A DNA stretch of 64,000 nt from Lingula anatina (lineage: Eukaryota; Animalia; Brachiopoda): NCBI GenBank assembly GCA_051362555.1, contig CM120640.1:39472788-39536787 (forward strand). Reading direction: 5' to 3'. Shown here piece by piece: positions 42,218-57,200 of the stretch (positions within the stretch are counted from its first letter, which is position 1; each line of letters begins with the position of its first letter). Made by a program: the position numbers and the translations under genes. The notes under the pieces are model-generated. The model ran no database searches and had not been told where the DNA came from. It saw only the letters and a list, made by a program, of their open reading frames with translations.

Positions 42218-45200
42218 ATGGCCGGCAGTTCACAGGACAATTCCCAGTGGCTGTCTGTCACAGAAGAAACGCTTTTTCTGCACGATGGATTAATTCGAGT
42301 GACAGATCTTGTTGAACTGCCCCATGATGTTAGTTCTGTTAGTGATCATGAAGTAGTAACTTTCGATTCAAAGAGCCCAGAAGAACTGAGTGAAAAACTA
42401 AAAACTGTCTGTGGAACGCAGAACAATGCATATACGAGACTTTTAGAATATAGACTTAACGCCCTGAGAGGTCTTTGGAATGCTCAACGCCAAATTGCGA
42501 TAGAAGAACAGAATGAGAGAAATATCTCGACACACGAAGAAACCATACAACTGCTGAAAAAACAGGGGTTGTGGAAAGAACCTGAGCAAGCTTCATTCTC
42601 AACAAGAGTTAGCCTGCTTTTGGTACTGCCCTTGCTACAGTCTCAGAGTAAAGTAGATGCAGAACTTTGTGGGGTGACAGCACAGCTGCTGTTAAACTGC
42701 CTGCGTGACTGTGCACCTTTGTCTTTATCAAAGGAACCAGCTGATTGCTTAAATGGCATAGAGCAATTATTGTGTGGTTGGCTAGAAGAGGGATCAAAGG
42801 CAGGGAATGTGGAGGTTGCACAGATGGAAACAGCAGCCTCAGCACTAGTTGCTTTAGCATGTGCAAGGTCAGCTTGTGAAATAACACAAAATCATAAATG
42901 CAGATTTTGTTATTTTGGCAATGAGATATGCCAAAGCAGTTTTTCAATCCGCAAGTCAGACTTAATACATTGTACATTCAGTTACTTATGTTTTGTTTAA
43001 AGTTACATGACAAAAGCTATGAACTTTCTGTATACACTGTAACACATGAAATTTAACTAAGATGTATGTCTGTATAGAGGTATTATCTGGTATTATTGTA
43101 TTAAATTTCTAATTTGTTTCCTAAGAGCATGTATTTTTAAATGCTCTCTCACAAGTACAGTAAATCGAGTTTCAGTAAATATTCTTATTTCTTTTTAAGG
43201 GGGCACCCAAAGACATTTATCCATACCATCCACTTGCTGCAGAACCTATCTCCACTGGGCTACCTCCCTGTGGCAGACATTCTCCAGAAGCTGCTCAGTG
43301 TGGAAGGAGGCCAGGCTCAACCCAGTGCTGTGCTAGGCAGCAAACATATAGTTTGTTGGGGAGTGGAGGACATGCTGGGGACATCTGACAAAGATACTCA
43401 AGAGAGAGAGAAAGATAAAGGTATATGTTTGAGAAGTATAATTACTTTTAACTTTGTAACCATATTCTTTTTAGCTTTTTTTAACAGAGCAAAAGGTAGT
43501 GGTGCCCCCCTGTACACATGTAGATGTGCACGCACACACTCATACACACACACACACACACACACACTAATGCTCTGTAAAGCATTGTTAGTAAAAGTGT
43601 ATTTTCACTTGGATACACATTGTGTGACCTTCTGTAAAAGAGATGCATCAGTGACTGCTCCTTTGACTTAAATTATGTTCTCTAGAATTTATGTCCTCTG
43701 TGTTTCCTTACAGATGCAGTAGATCCATCCAGAAGTATCACCTGTGATGGAAAGTTTCTCTACACCACCAGTTCTACTGGTAAAGGTATTGCAAAGATAG
43801 GAACAGGGCTCCATGGCACTCTAAGGTTAGCTTTAAGCGGTTCCTCTTATAAAGCTTAGTAAAATTATATTGATGTTTTCAAAATGCAAATCTAGTTAGA
43901 AAGTAAGTTTATTACAAATGAAATTATGTGCAAAATAAGTATGACATAAGTACAAAACTCAGAGAAATTTCAAGGATAATAATAATAAATAATAATAATT
44001 ATAATACAGTGCATTTTTCGTTAGTTTAAGCACTTCTTCATTTAGTCACATAAGTTGATCGCCAATTGTCAATTGGTTATTTTTTTTTTTGAGGGGTTAC
44101 ATATATGCACGTAACCCTGATATTGGTCCAGGTATGCTAGCTTATGGAAATGGTCAGTTACTACACAGACCTACTTCTTATGATCAAGAAAAGGAATCCA
44201 AGAACTTTGCTCAACATATTGACTCATGCACTTTATTGGTAAGTGAAAGTGATGTTTTCTGTTTCATTATTGAAATGAATTGTGTTTTAGGTAAAGAAAA
44301 TTCTTTATTGTATTAAATTTCCTGCATAAAATCTCTCTCAAATAAAGATATTACAATTAATTAAATTGAATTATGTTTTTAAAAGAGATTGATGATATTT
44401 GCTTTCAACAGAAGATCCAAGTGGTCTTATTTTAAGCCGTTAAAAGTATTTGTTGCTGCTGTATAACACCAAGTTTATGCAATGATACCAATTGAAAAGT
44501 GATATATCATTTTCAGCCAATATCAGTCATCCCATTACCTGAGCAGTATGATGATCCATCTTTGTCTGGAGGTGTTACTACAACAGTTGGGTTTACCAGT
44601 GATAGTATGACCTTCTACTGGATCTGGTGTCCAGGAAGTCTCAATGACAAAAGCAGCAAGGGACAGAGTGTGAACTTAGAAGCATTTAAATATAATGTGA
44701 GTGTATGATATGTTAGGACCCCTCTTGACAGTGTGAATGAAAGGTTGAAACAGATATTGTTACCATTAAAGTAAACTTTCAGTTTGTTGATGTTAAGACA
44801 ATCATAGATTGACTTTTTAGTTTATGAGAAAATAATATGGATTAATTTTGTTACCTGTAGTATTTTTTGAAAGTTTAACTTTCTAAATAGAAAATTGAAT
44901 CAAATCACTTTCCTGTAAAAATGTATTCAGAAGTTCTTAAGTTATCCCTTTTAGGAAGAAAATTGTGCTTCAATATAATAATGATGAAGATTATGATGAT
45001 ACTTAAGAAAAAAGAAACATACAGATAAGATAAGGTAATTTATGAGAGCAAATTTTGTTTTCATAGATTTGCTCTGTAATCTCAATTTAATTTTGTTTAT
45101 GAATGTGTTTGATAGATTGTGTTTGTTTTTATAGCCTGAATCAAATGAAGTACTTCCCATGAAACCAAGTAGGTCCTTACAGCGTAAAGATGAAAACACA

Positions 45201-48200
45201 GGGAAAAGCATCAATGAGACTCTGCTATCCAGACTGAGGCCGTATAGGTCTGCTGCCTCAGCTCACGCAACACTGGTAGCACTGACAGGGGGTGACCCAC
45301 TTCCAGGGAGGAAAGAGGAACAGAATGGTTTGTTTTGTTATTTAATTCTGTATGATGAATTTTAAGAATTATTATTTCTGATACATATAGTTTTAAGAAC
45401 TTACTAGATAATGTTAAAAGATTCTCTTAAAAGATTCAGTTCCATTCTGTTTTTTATTGTTGTAGTCTTCATTCCAAACAAGAACAGCTATGCTGCATCA
45501 AGTTTATGCTTATGTCAGCTTGTTTAGCTTCTCTAGCTTGTTTTTCTTTACTGTATCTTTCATGTGTGACAAGTTTTAATGTTTTATTAATTAATTTTTG
45601 ATGTGTCCAGTAAACACAAGCATTGGAGTTCCAGTAAAGACTCTGGTGCGCACTCCTGTGTACTGTGATGGGACAACCGTAGTGTGGCTGAACCCGATCC
45701 CTGGTAGTAACAACAGCAGTGCTGCCAGGTCACTGTTTGGGTCAGGAGGTGCTCTTGGGGGTCTTAGAAGTAAGTCTGGCTTGCCTTATTTCTGTCTGGT
45801 TTCAGTACATTTTAGTAAAGACAAATCATAAGCTCATCTAGTTTGGAAAAGGTTTCACTGTTCATGTATTTTTGTGCTTTTTTTTAAAGATTTTTTAAAG
45901 TGAATTCTCCATCCTATTTGTAGCCCTTGCCAACAATGTGTGTTTCAACTTGTCTGATGGCCAGTATAACACAAGATCAGACTTGATTGATGCACCAACT
46001 TGTGCTTTAGCAAGAGGAGCCTCTGTACTTGGATTAGGTATGGAACGTCTCTTTTTTCCTTTAATCTGTTATTTGATATGAATAACTTAAATTTCTAGGA
46101 TTTGAGAAAATTTAACATATTATGATTGTTGTGTCTCTATATCTCAGTCTTTACCATATGATTTAAACTGATAATAGAGCAATTGAGTGTTATGTTCTTT
46201 ATTCCCAGTTAAATAGTGTTTTTGGCCCAAAATACAACTGGAATATAGTTACACCATGACATCAATCAGGTTTGTGTGTCATCATCACAATATATTGCTT
46301 TACTGCAGGTATTTGCTATGATGCCTTTAACAACATGATCTGGACCTTCACCAATGACTGGGTGGACCAGTTTTACAACCCAGGCCACCAGGCTTCACAT
46401 CTGGTACTCACAAGACTGGGGATAGACCCAAATGACAAGAATGAAACACCAGAAGGTAATTCTTATCGATAAGAAATTTGGAACAAAATTAACAGCCCTT
46501 CATTCTTGTTGTGATTATTTTTGTTACCTTATGTCCGTTTTCTCATGAATATATTGTTTTACAGATAATGCCCTAAGTTCAAATGATGTGATCCGGAAAC
46601 TGTTGCAGCATGTAGGCTGCATGTGTATCCACCAGATCAACAATGATCTGCTCCACACTCCCCTTGGAAGTTACATACTTCAGCAAGACCATGTAGACTT
46701 GATGTACATGGAAAGGGTGTGTGATATTTTGGAAAAAGCTGTAGCAGAAGGTGACAGTGGGATAATACGATGTAGCTTGATAGTTTTTCAGGTGAGTTAA
46801 AGGTGGTGTTTTGTTTGCATTAGACCTTTGCCTACATAAGCCAAAATGAAGTGGATCATATTATGGTATTTTCAATTCTATAAAGGTTTTTTTGTTTGAC
46901 TTGTTCTGAAGAAAGGTAAATTTTTGTATGTGTACTTGTATTGATATAGCTTATCTTTTTTTAAATTTTATAAAAATGTCATTCAAAGATTAAGAATTGA
47001 ATTGTTACGTCTTTATTTCAGCTGATGTTTAAGCTTAACTTGTTCAAAAGGGACAGAGAGAAAGAGGTGCAGTTGGTGGAGAGGACCAGTCAGTTGGTGT
47101 GGAAAGTATTGATGAACAAAGAGATGGAGGAGTCTATACAAAAAGAGAGCTGCACTTTACTGAGTTTTGGATTGAAAGTATTTTACCCAACACCAGCTGA
47201 CAGAAATAATCTTCTCTATAACCTCCTCACTGAAGGCAAGTGATCTAGCATTATTGTAATCATACATAACTCCAGCTTACAATTTTGGCTAAATATTATT
47301 TAAAAAGTTGTATCTAGATATTGAATGAGTAATTAATTATGAGCATTGAATAAGTAATGTTGTTAGTTTTGTTTTAGATAAAGGCAATGCGGGGTTAGAA
47401 CACCTGAGAGATTTGATACTGGTGGATTTAGCTGACCAACTTAGAAGCCAGGCATTAGACAGTGCTGAAGTGAAAAATGCCAGGTTTGTTTTGTGACATA
47501 TTTTATTTTATGGTATATAGAGTACATTAATTATATTGATGTGAATTGCATTTTCAGTTGAATCAGTTAGAACTAATTGATTTGTATTGGAACAAAATGT
47601 ATTATGAAAATATTTCTCTTTAGACTGACAGGAGAATTGATACAGCTTATTTTGAAGTTTGCTGTGAAGGAATCCTGTGTTCTTCTGAGACAGTGCCAGT
47701 CAAAAGATAGAAGCAAGTTTGATGAGATCCTTTCTGTGGTACCTGTAAGTTGTAATATTGAAAAAATATGCCTTTCAGTAATTCATAGTAATTTATAATT
47801 TATGGAGTAAACATTGTGAAAAATGAATCGGTTTAAAACTGCTAAGTTAATAACATAACTACAGACAAGGAAAACTGGAAAGCCTTTTTGTCTGCATTAT
47901 GTGTACCCATACTTGAGGACTAATGACTTGAAGGCTTATTTTGTGTTTTTTGCCCCTTTTAATTCAGTTGGCCTCCCCCAGCCTGCAGTACTTCATGGCC
48001 TTACAGTGTCACTTACTGAGGTCTGCTGTTCTCTACAAGACTGAAGATGCTGAGGAAGGCAACAAGAAGGAAGAGAAGCCAAAAGAGAAATTGGAAGAAA
48101 TTCAGGTTGCATTGTTGAACTATGCCTCCATGGTGCTAAGTGGAGCATATGAGGTAAGAAGAAATTGGGATATAGAATACATCAAATTGTATGCCATTGG

Positions 48201-51200
48201 TTAGCAAATAAATATAACATAGTTCATGCTTAGTAGAAATTGGTCACATGCTGCCAATTATATAAAAAATGACTCTCAATCTTCAGTATTATGGGTGATC
48301 AAATATGTAATACATGTATTTTCAGTTATGTATAATGAAGCGATATCTTAAAAGTAAATAGTGTATGCTGCTGTTAGTAACATAATTTTGCTGTAATGGC
48401 TATTTTATATAAGGACAATTTGTTGTACAAATTACGTATTTTTCTTGGGCCAATAGGAATTATATTATTTTCTGTTTTCATATATGGTTACGTGTAGGAT
48501 ACATACCTAATATCTCTTCACAAAATGATATCTTTCAGGTGCTGGAAGTATTGTTAGAGACCTGTAACTCCATCATCAACAACAGGACTCCTGACTTAGA
48601 GTACAGACTCCAGGGTCTGGAGAGGGTGTGCAAGGCCACCATTTTGGGTCACCTGCTCCCTGTGCTCATCACTGCCATGAACCACTACAACCTCCGGTGT
48701 TTGTCCATGGCAGATTCCCTCATGTCTCAGCTGGTGCAGCTGGTAGTCTTGACTAGTCAGGTATGTCAGAAGGCATTTACTAGTTCTAGCCAAATTCTCT
48801 ATGGTGTTCCTGTTTTATTATCATGTCCATTATTTATAAAACATTATTATTGGTACATTTGAATGCAAATAAATTCAAATGGTGTTCCAATGACATTGTT
48901 TTGCTGTGCAAAAAATTTCCTGTGTAATTTGGAACAAAGAAAGGAATATGACAACTGAACAAATATTTTAATGCATAAAAATCTTTTATTCAGTAGGATA
49001 TCTTAGTTAATATTTGAACAAGTTTGAAATGCACATCCTTATTATTTGAAGGCTGCATTACTAATGAAGAGCCAGGTACAGGCCATTGGGCAGGAAGAGG
49101 ACTTGGATGTCAGCACAGACAGTGATGGGGGAGAACTTGTACTAATAGAACCTACATTGAGTGCTGAGAGGTAGATTATTTTATCAGTTTAGACTTATTT
49201 TGTTGAGCAAAATGATTAATTATTAATCATTATTATTTATTAAGCTAAATACTTCAGTACAATCATCAATGCAGCATTTTCTACAATTTTAGTTTGGAGA
49301 ACATGGAAGAGGAAGAGCAAGGCTTCCTAGCAGGACTTAAGATCCCTGCTCCGTGGGCCACTGGTAAAACATTGGAGTCCATCCATCCTGTCCGAGATAA
49401 CTACAAGTACAAGGAGACAGTGACAATACCTGGGGCAAGGTGTCTGTACCTTAGATTTGACCCAAGATGCTCCTCACAGTATGACTATGACAAGGTACAG
49501 TTTGTTTATTTTTTAGATAACACAAGAGGTAGATTTGCAGGGAATTTTTTTACTTTATTTAAGCAACTTTCTAATTAATACAGATATAACCAAAGCTGCG
49601 CTTTCTACTTTGCTAACACCATAACTACAATTGTTTTTCTCAGCTGGTTTTGTATGCAGGACCAACTACAAACTCTCGTAAAGTGTCTGAGTATGGAGGA
49701 AACACAATGGGCTATGGAAGCAGGAGTGTTCTGGGGGCAGGCTGGCCAAAAGACTTGGTCAAGGTTTGTGACAACTAACTTTTGAACAAAAATTATATAT
49801 TCACTATGGTATGCAAATTGAAATGTGTTTTTATCAATGAAACATATGAATACATAAAAAAGAGCCAGATTTGTCCTCATTAATGTAAACTAATCTCCCT
49901 GAACAGAAATTTCTTCTTATGTGGTATTTTATTATTGCAATCCACCAGGTTGATGGTGATACAGTTACATTGTCATTTGAGATGAGGAGTGGCAGAGAAC
50001 ACAATACTCCGGACAAAGCTATGTGGGGTTTCATGGTCACTGTCAGGGCTCAGGTGAGATGATATGGCTTCATTTGGACTTGAAGTAAAAATCAAAAAGC
50101 CATTTGTATGGTTAGAGGAAGAATTCACAATGTATATGAAATAGATGTCTGATATTTAGTATGTAAGGAGCAAATTTACTGGATTTAAACTGATAGAAAG
50201 GGAAACTGCATTCATTACAGTAACTGCTATAATGAAATAAAAAAATTAACCCCACAAGAATAGATGGCATATGGTGCTTGTATAACTATGATTTTTCTCT
50301 TGTGAATACAAACTTTGACATGAAGCAGTGCTCATGATTAAATGAGAAATAGAAACTGGTGGATAATAATATTGATTCCCTGTATTATTGTTGTAGGAAT
50401 CTACAGAAGAAGTATCCAGTGGCCTCCCATTTCTAGCTGACCTTGCCTTGGGGCTCAGTGTACTGGGCTGTACCATGCTGCACTTACTTTATCAAGGCCC
50501 AGAGAAAACCAAAGATGAAACAGCTTGTGAACATTTGCTCAAATCAAAGCTGCTACAGAGGTAATGCAAACACATCAACATTATTAATAATATTAAATTT
50601 GTTTTTAATATATTTTCTTTGTTTGTATTCACTTACATACCAAAGAATTCATGGTATTGTGACATTTTTTGGAGAATATATTTTCATGAAATATATGGAG
50701 ACATTCTGTCAACATGTACTTTGGTTATACATATAAAATTTAAAATCTCGAACAAAGTCATTTTTCTCAGGAGGAAACAGAACTGTTTCATTTTTTTTTC
50801 TGTAAAATGGATTTAGAATTGCATGATTTTTCATTGGTTTTACAGATGTGTATGGAGGCAGGAGGGTCCTAGCAGCCCAATAAAAAGGCGTTTCCTTCCC
50901 TGTGACACCAGTATTGCTATACCAGAAGGAATAGAACTGGACATAAATGAACAACAGAAGCCAAGCAGTACCGTGTACACTTTGGCCAGAATCAAATTAC
51001 CTGCTGATATTGTGACAAGACTGAGAGAGTTGTCTGGAAAATCACCCCCGCATATAAGACCAAGCATCAGGTACAAACTGGTTAATAATCATGGCAATGG
51101 ATGTGATTTTTTGCTGTTATCTCCACAAGTATATGATCGATATATGAAGTGCTACTTTGTTGTATGTGAGAAAATGAGTTTTAAAGAGGATTAAGACCCC

Positions 51201-54200
51201 CCAAAAAAAATATAATACTGAGTAAATACAGTTTGGGTGACTTAATTTCCAGACAAGTGTTACAGCCAGAAGTGTTGGAGGAGGCTATATTATCTGCCAC
51301 AGTGAAACATTTGGGACTAGAGAATACCATTCACCAGCTGGTTACACTGCAAGAACAGCAGAATGATGAGTACTGGCTGCTGCAGGATATCATGTCAGAA
51401 CTTTTTAAGAAAATTGACTCACTGGCAAGGCAGCTCCAGGTAGGAATTGAGTTTGGACCTTCATTGCTATATTGCTGCTTTCTTTGCAGATTATTATCTT
51501 GTGGAGGTAATATGATGTGGGTCATGCAGCGAATATGAATAATTGGTTCTTTAAATTAGTTCTTAGTCCTTTAAAATTGTAATGTGTTCTTATATTAGTA
51601 TTGTGTTATTTAGTTCTTTTAAGTGAATGTTGTAAGGCGCATTGAGATTTTTAATGGAATGCGCCATAGAAAAATAAATTATTATTATTATTATTATTAT
51701 TGAAGTAAAAGAACATCATAAAGAGATGAATTCATTTAAAATGAAAACAAGCTTGAGAATGAAGTGTTACACTGCAAATTTTAATATAATCATTTCAGAG
51801 TGTGTCAGAATTGGAACAGAAGTGGGAAATGGAAGTAGAAGAAATCAGGCAAGGTCTGCAAAAACCTGAAGCTGCTTTCTTTGCAGATTATTATCTTGTG
51901 GAGGTAATATGATGTGGGTCATGCACTGATTACAATTAGAAACCTGAAAGTCTGATGATATTTATATTTTCTATTTAAAAAAGTATAAACAGTTTTAAAA
52001 GAAAGATTTGGGGAAAGTTTCCATGGATTAAATTACATAATATAGCATTTATCAGTGACGTGAATGTAAATTGCAACTTGATGAGCTGTATCTCTTAATC
52101 ACACAGATGTTGATTATCATATTCATTGCCACTATCCTTTTTGTTTCAGAGCAAAACAAAAGAATTAGCCATGCTATGTTACATTAAGGACATACAGTTT
52201 GATGGGACAAATGCTGAAGCAGCTGTTAATGCCCTTAGGTATGCACACATTATATTTTTCAGATAAGTTATTATTGCTGTTGTTAAGTTCAAGAATAATT
52301 CCACTGTGGAAGGTTTTTCATTGTTAGTGCACATTTCAATTGAAATTCTCTCTTCTTTTGGTATAGGGAAAAACTAGAAGCTAGTGTTGCCAGTGACAAA
52401 AGTGAAGAGGCTCAGGAAAAGATGCCCAAGACCAAAGCACTTGTGGCAGGGTTGTTAGAGAGGTTAAGCCTTCTACTACAAGTGAATATCCCTCCTGACC
52501 CCAAAAAGCCAGCATTACTGAGGAATCTTTCTCTTGTACCTGAGACCAACTCTCCTCAGAGTGAGTTGAGAACATTGCTTATAACAACTGTAATCTTTTT
52601 AGAGATGTCTAACAGCAATAAAAGAAAGATGTCATGGTGAAAGATATCATTTGGTGATCTGAAAACTATATTTAATAAATAAATAATGCGGTCGTTATTG
52701 TAAGGATTGGATTTATAAGTACACACATACTTGAACACTTATTATTGGGTGAAAGAAAAAATTGAGTAAAAATTGATTGAATATTAGATCGTAAATTGGT
52801 TAATTACACATTTCACACTCTTAACAGTGGTAAATGCCATGATAAGATCAGACACAGACATTGTCAAGACCAGCCCTCCCTATGGCAGGTCCCACTCTGC
52901 TCCTTCAGAAGTATTGGATGACAGTGTTATTGAGATTGTTAAGTTGCAAAGGTAAGCTTTATTAAAAATGATAGATATGTAAGCTTTGTTATTGAACTCT
53001 GCAAACTTTTCTTTCATTATCAAGACAGTGTGGCACAGCTTAAGGATCTTCCTCCCATTTATCCTGGAATTAACATCGATTTTCATCAAAAATTCTACAT
53101 CCAACCAAAAGAATTGTGCCATCAGAAATTACTTTTGGTTGTCCTCTCTGCAGAAGCCTCTTTATTTCCTTTTTGATAGTTTAGGACAGTTTGCCAAAAT
53201 TTAAGTTAACATACAAAATTTCGAGTAAAATTTTGTTCATTCTCTTGTTCAGGAAGAGGCATGCTCACAAGAAAACTGCCAGCATTCTACAGGACTTAGT
53301 AGAGGATGACAGCAAGGATAAACCACCTTATGTTGTGTTAATTGACCTTCTCTTTTCCTTCATGGGTAGCAATCCTGAACAGGCTGTAAGTTAATTTGCT
53401 TGTGTTGCTTTGTACTAAAGATAATTCAAATTCTCGAATAGCATGAATATTAATCAGTTTTTGAAAACATGTCTAGGAAATTTGTATTTGTTCTTTTAGA
53501 GTTTAAATTTTTAATGTTGCACCATTGTACCTTCACATCTTGAGCTTAACAAATATCTAATGTGCTTTTGAATAGGTTTCTTGTGAAAGCTTCTTAGCAG
53601 CAGCCAAGGTGAGGTGGAAGAGAGGTCAGACACGCAGGCAAGCTTTAGTTCACATGAGGGAGTTGCTGACTGCAGCTTCCAGAGTAGGGGGTGCTACACA
53701 TTTGGTGGCTGCTGTGACTTCTGTCTTGCAACATGGACCCAGGTTAGAGTTTGATAACCAAATCTCAAACATTGTTCTTGCAATTTTCAACTATGTTTAT
53801 TAATTCAAATGTCACATTTTATTTGAAATTAAAAGGTGGTTTCTCTCTATCAGGATATCTGAACTGACATGTGGAGGCATGGTGAATCAAGTACGTGATG
53901 CCTTTGCAGAGACTATGACAGCTGTGGTTCAGCTGGCAGCCAGATATCCCATTGCATGCTGTAACAGCATTGGACTACTCTGTATCATTCCATATACAAG
54001 GTGAGGCTTAATATCTAGTCACATTTCAGCTCCTTTCAAAGTAAAACAGATCTGCTTTTGATAATGAAAGAAGAAATAAATAAAGTTGTATTTTGGGAAC
54101 CTACTGTAACATTTAAAAATAACAGCATTCATCATATTACTTTTGTTTATCCGTCTAGGGCTGAGGAGAAGTGTTTGGTGCGCTGTGGTTTGGTTCATCT

Positions 54201-57200
54201 TTTAGATAAGTTGTGTAGTCTAAGTAACTGCCGTGGTGACACCTCCAGCACAGACAGTCAGTCCACCAGACAGAAGGTGTCTGCCATGGCCTGGGCAGGG
54301 TTCCAAGTGCTGGCTAATAGATGTGTCATGTGGGAGCAGGAAGAAGGTAAGAAGGAAGGAGACTATTCGTAGACTTCTGACTTTTTTTGGTGGTGTTGGT
54401 GTTTACGGCATTAATGGTATTTTTCCGAGTATCCAACTTATTGGGAGCCAAAAAGTCTCAACCCTGCTTCTGGTGGAAGAGAAGTATTATTTTGAAATGG
54501 ATGTGTGTGAGTAAGCTGGGGTAGGGGTATTCCTATCTATATACATCTGTCTGCAAGGCAATGAACTGAAATAAATATTGCTTGTTTATTTTGAGGATGT
54601 ATCATTTCAGGCATGTATCCTGATGAACTAGAGCATTCAGGGCTGGCAAGGCAGGTATCTGTGCTGCTCACTAACCACCTGGCTAGAGCCACAGAGGGCA
54701 GTGGAAATGAAGCAGCAGGGAATGAGGCTCTGCAAGAGGTTCTTAGTCTCTTAAACAATCTGTCCAGGTAACTTTCGAGGGATTTATAGAGAATTTGATA
54801 CTTAATTTACATCTATCATGTTCCTCGTTTCATTTTGAATCAATACAGAAGCATGCTTAAAGATGTTTTAGATAGGAATAGGATGTACGAAATTCATCAC
54901 TCAAATTATTGTGTTGTATTGCATTGTTGTTATCAAATATTACAGAAGCAGAATGGGCAAGGCCATCCTCAGTCAGCCAGCTTGTGTGTCCAAACTGCTG
55001 TCTTTATTACTGGATCAAAGGTAAAGAACATATGAAATATCTAGCTACATGTAATACTGTGGTCTTGATCTCACTGTTGAGTAATTTACTCTTTACAGAA
55101 TAAGGATCTTTTTGCAAGAAATCTGAGAAATTGTGTGTAAGTGCCAGTCAAATATATTTCTTATTTGTGGTTTTGCTACTTTTTCTTTTATTACTAGAAT
55201 AGTACTTTGGCAAAGTTTTGTTGTATAATTAGATGAAATACTTTTTTCAGACCATCTCCCAAACTGGTTCTAATCATCCTGCAGCTGTGCAGAGTGGCCC
55301 TCCCCTTGATGAGTGCAGATGACTGTGAAAATGTAGAACTCTCCACTTGGGGAAGAAACCTGCCTGCAGCTTTAGTTGATGATGATGATGCTTCATCTAT
55401 CAAAATAACCAGTTTATTATTAGCCAAACTTGGAGATTTTATTGTACCAGGTAAAATGATGAATTTCTTACAAGTGACAGCAATTTGTTACAAGTGACAG
55501 CAAACTCCTGTCCTGTTTAAATATGAAATAAAATATGGCATGGCATTTTCCTTTCAACAAGTAAATGCCTAAATGTAGTTACATTTGATTTTGGTTTTGG
55601 TTGGTTCACTCGTGGTTGATTGTAAACCTTTTTTGTGTCTAGGAGGTAATGTGACCACATTCAGCCACCAGCCCTCTCTGGATGGCTCTGGAGCAAGAGG
55701 TGCATCTGGCCATGACAGGGACAAGAGAGATGATGCTGACATGCAGGATGGAAGACTGTCCGTATTTGTGCACAAAAGAGATGATCAGTCTTCTCATGAG
55801 GTCATTCAGCCACTACTTAGGTATTGGAAAACAGTAATATATGTATACATCGAATAAAACTCATCATCAATTCTCTTGATTCAGTTTGTTTGATTTGTAA
55901 CAAAAAAAGAGTGCACCATTACTTATTCTTGTCAGATGTGAAAATAGTGCATTGCCTAATAAGACATTGGAAGTAATATTGTCATACTTTTCCTTACTTC
56001 TTTCTTTCTTTTTTTCTTTCGTAATAAATATAATTTATTTCTTTTTGTTGTAGCTCTGATAGTAGACCTTTCCGACTTGGAGGTGGTGCCAATATGGAAA
56101 GAGTTGTCAAGATGGACAGAGAAATGTCAAGGGTAGGTGAGATAGCCAAGTGCAAATATATATATATATGAGAGAGATATAAACCCTATAACCAGAGTCC
56201 TTTTAAATGTGGCATGTAAAAGGAACTAGATAGCATACAAGATTTCTCTGATATACAAGTGCATTTAAATGTGGCTTGTAAAAGAGCTAGATATCATACA
56301 AGATTATGTACAAGTTTAATGATTTTGATATTTCTCCAGACTGGTAAAGCTGAGATCACAACCGAGGAGGCCAGTTCAGCCCTGAGGAAGGCTGCCAAAT
56401 GGGCTCAGATGGGTCTGATAGTCAGCACAGGACCTCCTGTGGACAGCCAAGCCCCAGAGACCGCTGCTGTGGACAAGAAAAAACAGGCTTTTGAAGTCAC
56501 TTGTAAAGAAAAGAATTCAGAATTAGCCAGGTTTGTTAAGATTGGCTGAACTCATATTTGATATAAGAACAGAACTTAACACACTCTATTTAGCATCACT
56601 GTCAAAATGCATTTGGTAAATGTCACAAATGTATGTTTAAATCCTGTCATTCTCAAAAAATTAGGGAAATATCAATACTTTTTGAAAGAACTTTTATGAA
56701 TAAGAAAGTTTTGTTTCTCTCAACAACTCTATTGGTCAGATTTGCAAAAAGATCATTGGCTGTCATTGAATATTTTGACTTGTTTGCAGAACTGATCCAG
56801 TGAGGCCATTCATCAGTGGACAAGTTGCCAACAGTATGGCTGCAGAAGTGATAGCTCTGTTACACTGTCTTCTCACAGCCCCAGAGACTCACACTGCTCA
56901 AGTTTGGGCAACAGCTGTCAGAAAGGCAAGATGTTCTAAATTTGATACTAATTCTGTACTGTCTCTTGATTTTGTACATCCTCTGAGATACATGCAGCTC
57001 GAGTCTGGGCAAGATTTGTCAGAATGGATAGATATTGTCATGGAAAAATGGTTAAATGGTACTCTTTACAAATTACTATTATTTATATGTTTTTCTCTTA
57101 TACAGGAGCTAAAGGTGTCCTTTTTATCTACATTGATGTTCATAGCTTAATAATATTTACCAAATGATATAAATGAAAGTTATTTTAATTGCTAAAGTTT

